A DNA stretch of 49,540 nt from a virus. Taxonomy: Duplodnaviria; Caudoviricetes. A program made the position numbers and the translations under genes. Shown in pieces: positions 16,815 to 26,395 of this stretch. How positions within the stretch are numbered: position 1 is the stretch's first letter; each line of letters begins with the position of its first letter. The notes beneath the pieces are model-generated. The model was given only the letters and a program-made list of their open reading frames with translations. It did no database searches and was not told the DNA's origin. The stretch covers positions 1 through 49,540 of the IMG/VR virus record IMGVR_UViG_3300033406_000008. One strand, given 5' to 3'.

Positions 16815-18176
16815 TTAAAACTCATATACGAGGCTGCCGGTGATTTCAGTAACGTGTATAGCGCCGGCGAGACGTGCGGTGAATGTCAGGTCCTCCAATA
16901 TTCGGGAAGCTTTTGTGTTGGCGCTGATGTTGGCCGCCAACGGAACATCGATCTTCCACCCGGGGATTTCGTTGCCGTCATCGTCGTATTCGGTAGGCGC
17001 AATGCCGCCTCGACGCTGACCAAGTTCAAGTGCCTTGACAATTTGCGCCTCTATCAATGCAATTCCAGCGTCGGTATACGGGACCTTGTCGCGGTTGATC
17101 AGCAAGTTGAAGATGTTAACCTGCATTTCTTCCTGCAGCCAATCACGGAAGCGAATTACATCAATCCATTCGCCAGCTGCTACTTTGCCAATCTGGGTAA
17201 TGGATACCGAGTCGCGGAACGATTCGAACGTGTTGCAGTTCTTGGCCTTCGCAGCCAAATATTGCGTTTCGGTCAGGTTGTCGGTTGACACCCCGGCCAA
17301 TTTCTTGTTTGCCCATGTCTCGCCGCCAGGCTTGACAGCAAAACATCGAGCCATGCACGCAAGTTCCGGGAAGTCTGTGGCTGCGTCAGCGTGGAAAAAA
17401 CTGAACGTTCTGTAATAGTTATTGTGTTTGAGTAGATACGGTGTGTCTGTGGTGCTGGATGCGGTTATTGCTCCGGCCTCCGCCACCGAATTGCCAAACA
17501 GTTTAATTTCAGATTCAGCCCATGCAGCTGCAGCCAAGATGTCGGCAGAAACCCGACTGGTAAGTCCTAGACCATACCAATCATTATCTTCCCTGACAAT
17601 TGCCGCCATATCTTCAGCCACGGTATCCGCGGCAGCGATCGTTTTGATCGACATACTCGCCGGCAGAATAATGGCAAACGCCGTTCCCGCCACTTTGGTG
17701 GTCAAAACTAGGTCGTTGGTGCTGATAGCGGCATCAACTACCGAATTACTGTCGGCGTCGATCAGCGCCTGCAACCCCGCTGCAATTTCCGCTGCCGTCG
17801 CGTCAGCATCCGAAGTGAAGGTATACGTGAGCGTCGTTGTGCTGCTATCTGACGCCAGATTGAGGATGGACAATACATAGGCAGCCGTATTCGACAGATC
17901 ATCGATCTGAAGCGTCACTGCATCGACCTGGCGGCGACCAATTTTGATTTGTTTGGGTCTTGGGATTTGACTGAAACAGTCGACAGCAGCCAAGTACAAA
18001 GGATCATCGGATGCGAATCCATCCGAGATCATGGAACTGGCCGTGGTATATGTGGAAACTCGTGGCAGGCTCACTACATGCGGTCCAGCGATCAACAACG
18101 TATCAAAGGTCTTTTTGTTGATACCGGTCGTTTGCAGGCTGATCTGCACATTGGCAATTCTCGTAATGTCAGCCAA
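16815..18176 (-). CDS. Tail sheath protein (DUF3383-like)
   Basis: FSQIPRP, PGGETWANK.LAGV, GEWIDVIRFRDWL, KVPYTDAG, AGAIH. Confidence 0.9.
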   Translation of the reverse strand: MADITRIANVQISLQTTGINKKTFDTLLIAGPHVVSLPRVSTYTTASSMISDGFASDDPLYLAAVDCFSQIPRPKQIKIGRRQVDAVTLQIDDLSNTAAYVLSILNLASDSSTTTLTYTFTSDADATAAEIAAGLQALIDADSNSVVDAAISTNDLVLTTKVAGTAFAIILPASMSIKTIAAADTVAEDMAAIVREDNDWYGLGLTSRVSADILAAAAWAESEIKLFGNSVAEAGAITASSTTDTPYLLKHNNYYRTFSFFHADAATDFPELACMARCFAVKPGGETWANKKLAGVSTDNLTETQYLAAKAKNCNTFESFRDSVSITQIGKVAAGEWIDVIRFRDWLQEEMQVNIFNLLINRDKVPYTDAGIALIEAQIVKALELGQRRGGIAPTEYDDDGNEIPGWKIDVPLAANISANTKASRILEDLTFTARLAGAIHVTEITGSLVYEF

Positions 18177-18725
18177 TTATGACACCCCTTTCATGGTTAT
18201 TTCTACTTCGACGATTGCTTCATCCGTTTCCGGCGGCGTGATCGTCGGTTCTCCAAGTTCTCCCGGCAAATTTACCGTAGTAATGTATCCTGGATTATCG
18301 ATTGTCGATATGCCGTAGGTTACGATCAGGTCGAGATTGGCCCGTTCTTCCCAACTACGCCCATCGATTAGCTCAGTCAGGTCGTTTACCGATTCAGCCC
18401 TGACAAATGCAACATGTTTTAACAAGCATCGATCGACTATTGTTGGGCGACATAGTCCCAACCAAAGTCCATTTAGCTTTTCGGTGGTTCCCGTGCCGAA
18501 CGAATTAATCGATAGCGTTGTTTCGCACTGCTGTATTACGTCCAGCGTTCCCGTTCCATCATCTCGCCTGCGCAGCTCTATTCCCAAGCTTCGTTCGGGA
18601 GATAAATTTAATGTCATGTAAGGATTAGCCGGTTTCGGTGCATTTTGCTTATCCCAAATACAAGTCGACGCCGTCAGTTCTGCGACGAGCGTTTTAATAA
18701 ACGCCTTGATCTCGGCTTTGGTCAA
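18177..18725 (-). CDS. Tail terminator/neck protein
   Basis: QNAPKPANPY, WEERA.LD; immediately upstream of the sheath gene. Confidence 0.7.
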   Translation of the reverse strand: MTKAEIKAFIKTLVAELTASTCIWDKQNAPKPANPYMTLNLSPERSLGIELRRRDDGTGTLDVIQQCETTLSINSFGTGTTEKLNGLWLGLCRPTIVDRCLLKHVAFVRAESVNDLTELIDGRSWEERANLDLIVTYGISTIDNPGYITTVNLPGELGEPTITPPETDEAIVEVEITMKGVS

Positions 18726-19066
18726 TTCCCCTTCACCTCCACGGCCAACGCTTTAAAATGCGGAATAACTCCCATCTGATAAGCTTCGCAGCCAACAACC
18801 TCCCATGATTTACCCAACCATGTAATGATGTCAGCGTTTTGTCTGGTCGTTTGCTCAACAGCATACAGTTCCGATTCCGCATAGATTTTGACAGCCCTGC
18901 TGCTACGCCGCCCTTCCGGCAATGCGTCCATTTCGTCTAGCCGCAACGGCTGTACGCTCATTTTGATCGATAGAGATTCCGAGGCTCCTTCAACCCAAAT
19001 TCCATCAATATTGTAGTTACCGGGCGCGGTTCGTGTCACAGGTATCAGTTTTCTAAAACTGCTCAT
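18722..19066 (-). CDS. Head closure/adaptor protein
   Basis: SVQP..LPEGRR..KIY..AD.I.W.G..WEV pattern; neck position. Confidence 0.7.
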   Translation of the reverse strand: MSSFRKLIPVTRTAPGNYNIDGIWVEGASESLSIKMSVQPLRLDEMDALPEGRRSSRAVKIYAESELYAVEQTTRQNADIITWLGKSWEVVGCEAYQMGVIPHFKALAVEVKGN

Positions 19067-19680
19067 TTATTTTTCCCCTCCCCGCGTGGTCGTACTACAT
19101 AGCGAATGGATGATCTCATGTGCCCTGAATCAATCAGCGGGCGAGAGCTCTTCTTTCGCCTGATGGTCGATGGGGCGTTCGGAATAAATGGACCGGAAAC
19201 GATTTTTCGCTTGATGTCGCCCTCGATCACGTTGCCCATCGTATTCAGCATCCCCGCCGCATCTTTCCGCCCAGAGGCAACTAAGCCGACCTGTTTCTCG
19301 GCTTTTGATTGCCATTCTTTGTTTTTTTCGTCGAATGTGCTGCGGAGAAAAGAACGTTCTGGAATGTTGATAGTAGACGGGCCAACATTGTGCTGCATCG
19401 CAAAGTTGGCCCGTTTTTTCTTGACAAACTTGGATATGCTGGTTTCCCCGGTTTTCCGATTCAACTTCGTCTTATGGTAGGTCATAATGCTGCGTGCACC
19501 CTGCTCAATGGTCGCTCCGAACTCATGAACGGCGCCCAGGCGGGCGATCGTCATTTTTCCGTCTTCAGCCATATCGCCCGCCTGCAGTCCCACAGCCACT
19601 TCCTGATTTCGCAGCTTAGCCAGTTCTTGTTTAATCTGCCTATACCCGTGATCGATGTCCTTGACGTAACTTTTTGCCAT
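19063..19680 (-). CDS. Neck/tail-completion protein
   Basis: HEFGA, IPERSFLRST, PNAPSTIRRKKSSRPLIDSG. Confidence 0.8.
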   Translation of the reverse strand: MAKSYVKDIDHGYRQIKQELAKLRNQEVAVGLQAGDMAEDGKMTIARLGAVHEFGATIEQGARSIMTYHKTKLNRKTGETSISKFVKKKRANFAMQHNVGPSTINIPERSFLRSTFDEKNKEWQSKAEKQVGLVASGRKDAAGMLNTMGNVIEGDIKRKIVSGPFIPNAPSTIRRKKSSRPLIDSGHMRSSIRYVVRPRGEGKNK

Positions 19681-19684
19681 GCCA

Positions 19685-20071
19685 TCACCCCATCCGGGTC
19701 ATGATCGGGAGGATGCACATTTTTACAATGCGCTTAAACTCCAGCCCATAAGCAGTACGCTCAAGGTTGTCTGCAAAACTGCTTGCCGTTGGATTCCGGC
19801 TGTTATCGGCATAGCTGCGGGAGAGATCACCCTCTTTTTCGGCAACTATCCGGCCGCCAGTTGTTGCACCGCTGGCGCTTCCGGATGCCGTGACTACTGC
19901 CTGCCATGCCAGCCAGTGAGCGGCCAAATACGCAAGCGCTTGCGGATATAGCTTGCCAAACTTGGCCTCGCTGACCATTGGAGCAACCAATTCAAAAACA
20001 CCAGCAATAGTTTCATCGGTTTTTGCCGCAAATTCAGGCGCAACAATTCGAAACGTTTGCAGCGCGGTCAT
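19685..20071 (-). CDS. Head-tail adaptor (DUF4054-like)
   Basis: FRIVAPEF, LAYLAAH, EGDLSRSY, TAYGLEF. Confidence 0.8.
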   Translation of the reverse strand: MTALQTFRIVAPEFAAKTDETIAGVFELVAPMVSEAKFGKLYPQALAYLAAHWLAWQAVVTASGSASGATTGGRIVAEKEGDLSRSYADNSRNPTASSFADNLERTAYGLEFKRIVKMCILPIMTRMG

Positions 20072-20073
20072 GG

Positions 20074-20313
20074 TTAACTAGACTTTTTACTGGTTTTGGT
20101 AGTCGCACTGGCAGTTTCCGTTTCGTCGGCGGAAACTGCCGTTTCGTTTGTGGCATCCTCGGTTAGTTCCAATATTTTCGCAGTAATGTACTTTGAGATC
20201 ATCGGATGAGCCGCTTCGGCGTCAGTGACTTCAACCGGATCGGCGCCCGGAATGAAGTCTTTGTCGCCAAGGGATATAATCCTAAGAGATTTGTTTTTGA
20301 TAAATTTTGCCAT
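20074..20313 (-). CDS. Small virion-associated hypothetical protein
   Basis: GAGGGG SD; typical small gene after the major capsid gene. Confidence 0.65.
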   Translation of the reverse strand: MAKFIKNKSLRIISLGDKDFIPGADPVEVTDAEAAHPMISKYITAKILELTEDATNETAVSADETETASATTKTSKKSS

Positions 20314-20315
20314 GA

Positions 20316-21308
20316 TTAACACCCCTCTGCCATGATGATACTGTACGGGTAGTAGATGATGACGCCGGCGCAACGGCTATGGCACGGAATAACGAATTCC
20401 AGGTTTTGCGCTTGCGGAGGGAACTGTTCGAAAGGCTGTGGCAACTCAAGTGTCAATTTTTCCTTACTTTTCCGGTACATCATAACGATATTTGTGCCAC
20501 CCGTACCGGCTCCTTTTAGTTCTGGAATGACTTCAACGTTTTTAATCCAAGGATTTTTTTTGAGGAAGAACTCCAGAATTGTGGTGTCGGAATTGTCAGA
20601 GCGTGCCCGCGTGCCAATATCCGAATTTGTTTCATGATCCAAAAGCAAGGTATCCGGCCGTTCGACATTCTGTGTGAGTTCCAACTGTTTCGCAACCATG
20701 CCATTCAGGTCGCGCAATACCTGCGCAGGAGTTTTATTGACAAACTTAATTGAGTCTGCCGTTCCAGCAACAACTCCGTTCAGTGTGCCATCCGCTGGCA
20801 ATACGTACTTAGGAATATTGGGATGCGTAAGCAACCCAATCAAACCATGTTCCTCATCACCAAAATAGGCAATGCGGTTTACTTCCGTATCGTTTGCCTT
20901 ACGCACCGCATTTGCCTTACGTTGTTCCAGAGATTTACCGGCCATGCGAGCGGCTCTGATGTCCTGGATGGAATAACCGTAACTGGCGCCGATAGACTTA
21001 ACCTTTGCAGGGAACTCTTTGCCTTTCAGGTCAACACGAGGAAGATCCGTTGCATAGTTGCTAATGATCTTCGCTTGCCCGACTTCTTCGTACTGTTGAT
21101 AGGTGATCGTTTCCGCGCCGGACCCGGCTTCACTCGAAAAGGGGATGATTCGTGTCGCAGTAAGTTCCGGGTATTGCACGTCATAAGATTGTGCTTTGAT
21201 GTATTCGAGTTCGCGGGCGAAAAAGATTCCTTCATTGGCGTCCAGCCGCTGAGACGCTGTAATCACCGCATAGTCGCGCTCGTCGTAACGCATTTTCTCG
21301 TTAGCCAT
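20316..21308 (-). CDS. Major capsid protein (DUF2184 family, HK97 fold)
   Basis: FFARELEYI, DLPRVD, YGYSIQDIRAA, GLLTHPN; follows scaffold and decoration genes. Confidence 0.9.
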   Translation of the reverse strand: MANEKMRYDERDYAVITASQRLDANEGIFFARELEYIKAQSYDVQYPELTATRIIPFSSEAGSGAETITYQQYEEVGQAKIISNYATDLPRVDLKGKEFPAKVKSIGASYGYSIQDIRAARMAGKSLEQRKANAVRKANDTEVNRIAYFGDEEHGLIGLLTHPNIPKYVLPADGTLNGVVAGTADSIKFVNKTPAQVLRDLNGMVAKQLELTQNVERPDTLLLDHETNSDIGTRARSDNSDTTILEFFLKKNPWIKNVEVIPELKGAGTGGTNIVMMYRKSKEKLTLELPQPFEQFPPQAQNLEFVIPCHSRCAGVIIYYPYSIIMAEGC

Positions 21309-21323
21309 TGTTCAGATACCCCC

Positions 21324-22112
21324 TTACTTCAGTTCGACAACAGCTACATCAGCAGCGGTCGTCGAGGTTTTAAATTTGGCTCCGGTAATAGCAGAGGCAT
21401 CAACGGCTTCAGAAGTTGTTGCGCTGCCGGAAGTAACGGTGCCGGTTCCTGTCACCACTGCCGCCGCAGGAGTGTTTCCGCCGCCGGCAGTGGATTCGGT
21501 GAGGGTAATCACTGCACCGCTGACAGTAGCGGTATAAATGGCGTTGACGGTCGTATTGGCAGCCAGTACGGTTTGCAATGCAGCCGCTGAAAGAGCAGCA
21601 GTTCCACCAACATTGAACTGGGCACCGGTCGCGCCACTGGCTTTTGCAGTAAATGTCACGCCGCCGATAGTGATAGTGTCCTCAGCGACAAAGTTTGTCC
21701 CAATGGTATAACTCCGAGCTCCGGCTACTGCGGCCGCTCCTGCCGCGTTGGTAAATCTCCCGGCATTTGCGCCGGAGAAAATCAAATATGCAGCCGTGTC
21801 GGCGGTCACCGCCCGATCCACGTCAACCCATGCGCGTCCCTTGTCAAGTACCGAAACAGTGTCTTCTGCAACGAAAGTAAGGGTTCCATCAGCGTTCTGC
21901 TCTTTGGCCTGCAACAGCACAATCCCTTTCATCGTTGAGACACTGGCACTTGGCAGTTTAACCTGCTTTTCAATATCGGTACCCGCAACTACTCCCATGC
22001 CGGGATAGATAGTGCCGGACTCTACCGCATAAGAGTCAACGGTGTTGTGTGGAGACAGATCATAGAGGGCTCCGGCGATACCTTTTGCCATATTCCCATA
22101 AGTCAATTGCAT
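21324..22112 (-). CDS. Capsid decoration/cement protein with an inserted domain
   Basis: Between the DUF2213 and capsid genes; V.VL.KGRAWV core interrupted by a ~110-aa Ala/Thr/Gly-rich insert. Confidence 0.75.
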   Translation of the reverse strand: MQLTYGNMAKGIAGALYDLSPHNTVDSYAVESGTIYPGMGVVAGTDIEKQVKLPSASVSTMKGIVLLQAKEQNADGTLTFVAEDTVSVLDKGRAWVDVDRAVTADTAAYLIFSGANAGRFTNAAGAAAVAGARSYTIGTNFVAEDTITIGGVTFTAKASGATGAQFNVGGTAALSAAALQTVLAANTTVNAIYTATVSGAVITLTESTAGGGNTPAAAVVTGTGTVTSGSATTSEAVDASAITGAKFKTSTTAADVAVVELK

Positions 22113-22114
22113 GA

Positions 22115-23215
22115 TTATTTACCTCCTTTGTAGGCGTTTTTCTGATCTTCGATCATTTTTTGGCGGCGCTCTTCAGACGATAACTCTTTAGCATCAGTTC
22201 GCTGTGCGTCGGGCAGCGGGTTCGCCTTTTTGCGTTGGTCCACCATGGCGTCATTACGTTTGTCGGCTTTGGACAAGTCGAACGCAGCATCGAGATAGGC
22301 GTCTGATTTGCCCTTTTCATCGAAGGAATCACCACGAACTGCCTTGATGACTGCGATTTTGATTTCCTGATCGGTCATCTCGTCGGCTTTGTCGATGCGG
22401 AATCCCGTGGCCGTCGAAAGCAATTCCACGCGAGTTTTTACTGCCGTGGCCACTGCATCCGCTGAGTCTTTGCGCAGCTTTTCGAGTTCTGCCGAATGGG
22501 CATCGACCTTGGATTTTAGGCCATCGCGCTCTGCCGTCACAGAATCCAGATTCCTTTTGATCAATGTTGCTTGGCCCTCTGCCTCGTCAGCGCGTTTGGT
22601 CTCCTTGCTCAGAAAATTAACCACTTCGGGAGCGGCGTCGTACTCGATGCCGTCCAGTCTGATTTTTAACATTGGTTTTTCCTCCTCGTTATCAAAAACT
22701 TCGTCTCCATCCAGATTCAGGCGGGCTCCCCGGCCTGCTCTGGCTGCCGGGACTACGGCCACATGATTAACCATGATGTCCCTTTGTACATACTCATAGG
22801 CTTGTCCATCGGGGGCAACTCCAGGTATCGCGTCAACATTGAGCCTGTATCCGAGCGACAACTCTCGGTTACTGCCCATGGCAGGTGGGTCGTGTATAAC
22901 AATATCGGCCCGAACATCTTCCCCGTCCTGCCGTCCTTCGCTAATAACCGTTCCCACCGATACCTTGCGAGCGTTCTTCTGCGTTACCTCTCCTTCCGGC
23001 GGGTGCCGAATTGTAATCGGCTTGCCCTTGTAAGAAGCAAGACTGTCTGCACGGAAGACCTCTTCCGGCGGTCGATATTCACGCCGAACCGTTCCGTCCG
23101 GATTGCGATAGGTAAACACTCCGGTTCGTGTCAAAATGGGTTGATCGTGTAAAAAACCGTCTGCATCAACCCTTGCAGACGGTAGTGAAACGCTATCGAA
23201 TCTCATTACTGGCAT
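22115..23215 (-). CDS. DUF2213 family prohead protease/scaffold
   Basis: TRTGVFTY, REYRPPEEVF, KPITIRHP, ELSLGY, NHVAVV..ARAG; coiled-coil C-terminal half. Confidence 0.88.
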   Translation of the reverse strand: MPVMRFDSVSLPSARVDADGFLHDQPILTRTGVFTYRNPDGTVRREYRPPEEVFRADSLASYKGKPITIRHPPEGEVTQKNARKVSVGTVISEGRQDGEDVRADIVIHDPPAMGSNRELSLGYRLNVDAIPGVAPDGQAYEYVQRDIMVNHVAVVPAARAGRGARLNLDGDEVFDNEEEKPMLKIRLDGIEYDAAPEVVNFLSKETKRADEAEGQATLIKRNLDSVTAERDGLKSKVDAHSAELEKLRKDSADAVATAVKTRVELLSTATGFRIDKADEMTDQEIKIAVIKAVRGDSFDEKGKSDAYLDAAFDLSKADKRNDAMVDQRKKANPLPDAQRTDAKELSSEERRQKMIEDQKNAYKGGK

Positions 23216-23249
23216 TCTGTTTATTCACCTCCTTTCATGGCGGATTGGC

Positions 23250-23276
23250 AATAAGAAAACCGCCTATTCGGCGGTT
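23250..23276 (-). terminator. Terminator of the endonuclease cassette
   Basis: AACCGCC-GAATA-GGCGGTT then TTCTTATT, overlapping the stop codon. Confidence 0.65.
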
Positions 23277-24133
23277 AGAAATTGCTCTATTTTATCAACG
23301 CATATCTTTACATCTTTTCTTACTTCGAATTCCTTAATCCTCAAAATCTTCCATCCGATCTTTTTCAGGCGTTCATCTCTGATCCTATCTTTATCCTTTT
23401 GCCTTGGCGTTGAATGCCAATAATCACCATCAATTTCAATGGCTATTTTTTGTTGAGGAAATGCCAGGTCAACGACATTATAAGTTATCTGATAATGAGG
23501 GTGATATTCAATACCTCGACAGTCAAGTTCAATCTTGACCATTCTCTCGGGTTCAGATTCCCGATTGTTTTGGGCATCCAAAGTTCTTTTTACATGAAGA
23601 GCCTTATATTCTTCATCTTTCATCAACTCCCGTATTTTTTTATTGGCCGCTTTAGTTTGATTCTTGATTTCTTCTTCTGACATATTGGCATATCGGCGAT
23701 AATTATCTCCAGAAATGTCTCGATGCTCAATATTGAACAGTTTAAACCAATTCATTAAATTGCGGCGATCTATTTTGAAACATTCGGCAATATCTTTGAG
23801 CGTTACCATGTCTATATTATGCATTTTATGTAGTGTTTCTTTTAGACTTATGCCATGCTCCTCTTCAATGCATTTCCAGTAAACTGCTTTTCCTAGCTGA
23901 TGATTTAGTCTTAAACTACATTCACTCGAACAACAGGAAATTTCATCTTCTTGACAATGTCTGCGATAATATAGTTTGCCGCAACATTCGCATGTGTCAT
24001 TGTTTGCTCGATTCTTTTCATATTCATCCTTCATCAATTCTCTGCAGTCGAAGCAGTATCGCTGAGCATTACTCGCGGGTGTATAATCTAGTCCACACTT
24101 AGAGCACCTTTTTATTTTTGCGCATTTCCCCAT
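23264..24133 (-). CDS. DUF559/Vsr-like endonuclease with N-terminal zinc fingers and HTH (inserted moron or homing endonuclease)
   Basis: ES.PE, VDLAFP..KIAIEIDGDYWH, D..RD..L...GWKILRI; visibly more AT-rich than the flanking head genes. Confidence 0.85.
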   Translation of the reverse strand: MGKCAKIKRCSKCGLDYTPASNAQRYCFDCRELMKDEYEKNRANNDTCECCGKLYYRRHCQEDEISCCSSECSLRLNHQLGKAVYWKCIEEEHGISLKETLHKMHNIDMVTLKDIAECFKIDRRNLMNWFKLFNIEHRDISGDNYRRYANMSEEEIKNQTKAANKKIRELMKDEEYKALHVKRTLDAQNNRESEPERMVKIELDCRGIEYHPHYQITYNVVDLAFPQQKIAIEIDGDYWHSTPRQKDKDRIRDERLKKIGWKILRIKEFEVRKDVKICVDKIEQFLTAE

Positions 24134-24192
24134 AGCAAAACCACTCCTTCGCAATAGTAGTCGTTTTTCTTCGCATATTCAAATGTCTTGAT

Positions 24193-24255
24193 GTGTGGGA
24201 AAGAGTGCGAAGTCTCTTTGTTGCGGCCGCTGATCAGGCGGCGGCTATCCCACAC
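24193..24255 (-). ncRNA. Putative structured leader RNA (three-way junction)
   Basis: Closing stem GTGTGGGA/TCCCACAC, hairpins GCCGC-CTGATCA-GCGGC and AAAGAG-ACTTCGCA-CTCTTT. Confidence 0.6.
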
Positions 24256-24259
24256 CTTT

Positions 24260-24288
24260 ATTTTATCATTTTTCGCTTAAATCCTCAA
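24260..24288 (-). promoter_or_regulatory. Sigma-A type promoter of the RNA/endonuclease cassette
   Basis: TTGAGG-N17-TAAAAT with extended TG; predicted start falls at the 5' end of the structured RNA. Confidence 0.6.
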
Positions 24289-25098
24289 TATTTGCGGATT
24301 ATCTGTAGGCACGATGGGGAGAGCTACGCATCGACAGCGTATCGGGTAGCCAGGCGGCCCGCCAACAGGTGGAGCGTTGACGATCTGCCCCCGGAAGCTC
24401 GTTCCCTCTGCCCCGGTACCCGCCCACGCGAAAAACTTTCCCTCGCGCAGCTGGTGGAGCTCACGGACTCTGGAGTCGCGCGAAGTGCTCCATTCATAGA
24501 ACCGTATTCCGGCCGCCGTCTGTCGCTGCTGACTGATCAGCCCGTTAAGCTTGCCGACCTGGTCAACAGCGATCAACTGCGCCCGACTGTTGGTCACTGC
24601 ATAAAGATCCTGGATCTCGGCGGCGATATCTTTGGTCATTGCACCTTCCTGCAAGCCCCTCGAAGCAATCCCCTGCAACTTACCAAAATATTCCTCGGGT
24701 ATGCTTTTAATCAGACGAACATTCTCGACGGTCCACTCGTTCATGAGTTTGTACAGGTCTGGATCCGCAACAAAGATGTCAACCTTCAGGGCAGATTTAA
24801 GCGCCGCTGAAAGTTCCTGCCGATTATAGGCTGATAGTTGCTGCGCGATTCGGGTCGCTTTTGACACAGCCGCCAACGTGACGCCATTACGCTCGTATAG
24901 ATCACGAATCATCTGAATGATCTTCTCACTGGTTGTATTGCCGGCCTGCTGCTGCCCACCTGAAAGTTGATTCGGATCCATCTGTTGCTTCGTGGTATCA
25001 GCCAGGGACTTTGCCACTGCCCGTAGGGTTCTTTGGTAATCCCTTTCGATCGACGACGGGTACCTGGGTTTCCTCTTTGGCCGGATCAGCTTGCTCAT
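24277..25098 (-). CDS. Minor head protein (Mu gpF/SPP1 gp7 family)
   Basis: RAQLIAVDQ, YEWSTSRDSRVRELH, PGYPIRCRC. Confidence 0.9.
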   Translation of the reverse strand: MSKLIRPKRKPRYPSSIERDYQRTLRAVAKSLADTTKQQMDPNQLSGGQQQAGNTTSEKIIQMIRDLYERNGVTLAAVSKATRIAQQLSAYNRQELSAALKSALKVDIFVADPDLYKLMNEWTVENVRLIKSIPEEYFGKLQGIASRGLQEGAMTKDIAAEIQDLYAVTNSRAQLIAVDQVGKLNGLISQQRQTAAGIRFYEWSTSRDSRVRELHQLREGKFFAWAGTGAEGTSFRGQIVNAPPVGGPPGYPIRCRCVALPIVPTDNPQILRI

Positions 25099-26395
25099 TG
25101 TCACCCTCTCCTAGCATGTCCAACGTCTCATCGATCTCGTAATCATCGCCATCGGCCAGCTTTTTGCGAACCTCTGACCCATCCAAAGCATTGATACCGA
25201 CATAAATTTCTGCTTCCTCGGCTTTGAGCTTCTTAGCTTCCGCTTCCAATTTCTCCGTTTCGGCCTTTTCTTTTGCCGACGGCATCCATAGTGGCAGAAA
25301 CTCAATGCACCAATTTTTAAGCTCTCTACCTCCGCTCGGGCCACGCTTAGCTAATTGCTGCAATTTAGTCAATCGATCCAGATTCCCCTTGAGTTTCCGC
25401 TTTTGCTGCCGTTTGACCATTGAGTAAAATATTTCATTATCGCTCTCACCTGTGGCGTTCATGCCAGCCGGCGATCGTCCAAATAAAACCGTAAACGGGA
25501 TCCCTGTCAGCGACGAAACATTCAGCCCAAACCGATCCAGCATTTCGGGCACGTTGGAAAGGTTCATGTTGAATAGCTCGAACTCATCTTCTGTGTCGAG
25601 TGCTACCGTGTTGAGCACCGATCGCGCCATATCGATAAGATGCAATCGATCCGCAATTTGTTTATTTCCCTCATCCGTCATCAGTTTGTCAAGAAGTCCA
25701 TTAAATTTGGTGACGGACTGCCCCATTCGCTCAAGAATAAGAATGGCCAGCGCATAACTATGGTCATTGTTTCTTATTGCATCAAACAGGCCTTGCATCA
25801 CCGACAGCCCCCAGCCATTCCGCTGTTCGCGCTCGCGGTTCGGCAACGGATCGCCGTCAAAGATCAATACACGGCTCCGGTGCACATAAAACTGCGTTCC
25901 GCGTACCGGACTAATGAGCAGCCACTCCGGCATGCCGTAGCTCTTGCGCATGGGGTCGTCGTTGAACAGCAAGCTTTCAAAAAGGACTTCTCGTTTATCA
26001 TAAACCTTGATCTGCTCAATTTCGGTGATGGACGACTCATTAATGGGATCCTCAAAGGTTCCGCCGTCGTTGATCGTCATCAGAATGGCGCTGCCACCAA
26101 ACAACCGGCTCCACCGAAGCGCATTCGCAAACGACTCTTCCGCGTGCAGATCATCCAGCGCTTGCAGGACTTTTTCATCTTCGTCATCGCCCTCGATCTT
26201 GATCCAGTTCTTCACACTTTCATCGGCTGGAAGATCGATAATGCGACGAACAAGGGCATTACCGTAAAGGTTTGCAAGGTCTTGATCTTGCAATATCGGC
26301 CCATTCCCATATTGAAAATTTGCCAGCGGGTCTTTATTTTTCAGCCCATGGCCGATAACCGTATTCATAAACCCGTCATTTCGTATATCTGCCAA
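24998..26395 (-). CDS. Portal protein (DUF1073 family)
   Basis: After terL; RIIDLPA, WSRLFGG, VHRSR, IPFTVLFGRSPAGMNATGESD; TTG start with GAGGTG SD. Confidence 0.88.
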   Translation of the reverse strand: MADIRNDGFMNTVIGHGLKNKDPLANFQYGNGPILQDQDLANLYGNALVRRIIDLPADESVKNWIKIEGDDEDEKVLQALDDLHAEESFANALRWSRLFGGSAILMTINDGGTFEDPINESSITEIEQIKVYDKREVLFESLLFNDDPMRKSYGMPEWLLISPVRGTQFYVHRSRVLIFDGDPLPNREREQRNGWGLSVMQGLFDAIRNNDHSYALAILILERMGQSVTKFNGLLDKLMTDEGNKQIADRLHLIDMARSVLNTVALDTEDEFELFNMNLSNVPEMLDRFGLNVSSLTGIPFTVLFGRSPAGMNATGESDNEIFYSMVKRQQKRKLKGNLDRLTKLQQLAKRGPSGGRELKNWCIEFLPLWMPSAKEKAETEKLEAEAKKLKAEEAEIYVGINALDGSEVRKKLADGDDYEIDETLDMLGEGDNEQADPAKEETQVPVVDRKGLPKNPTGSGKVPG

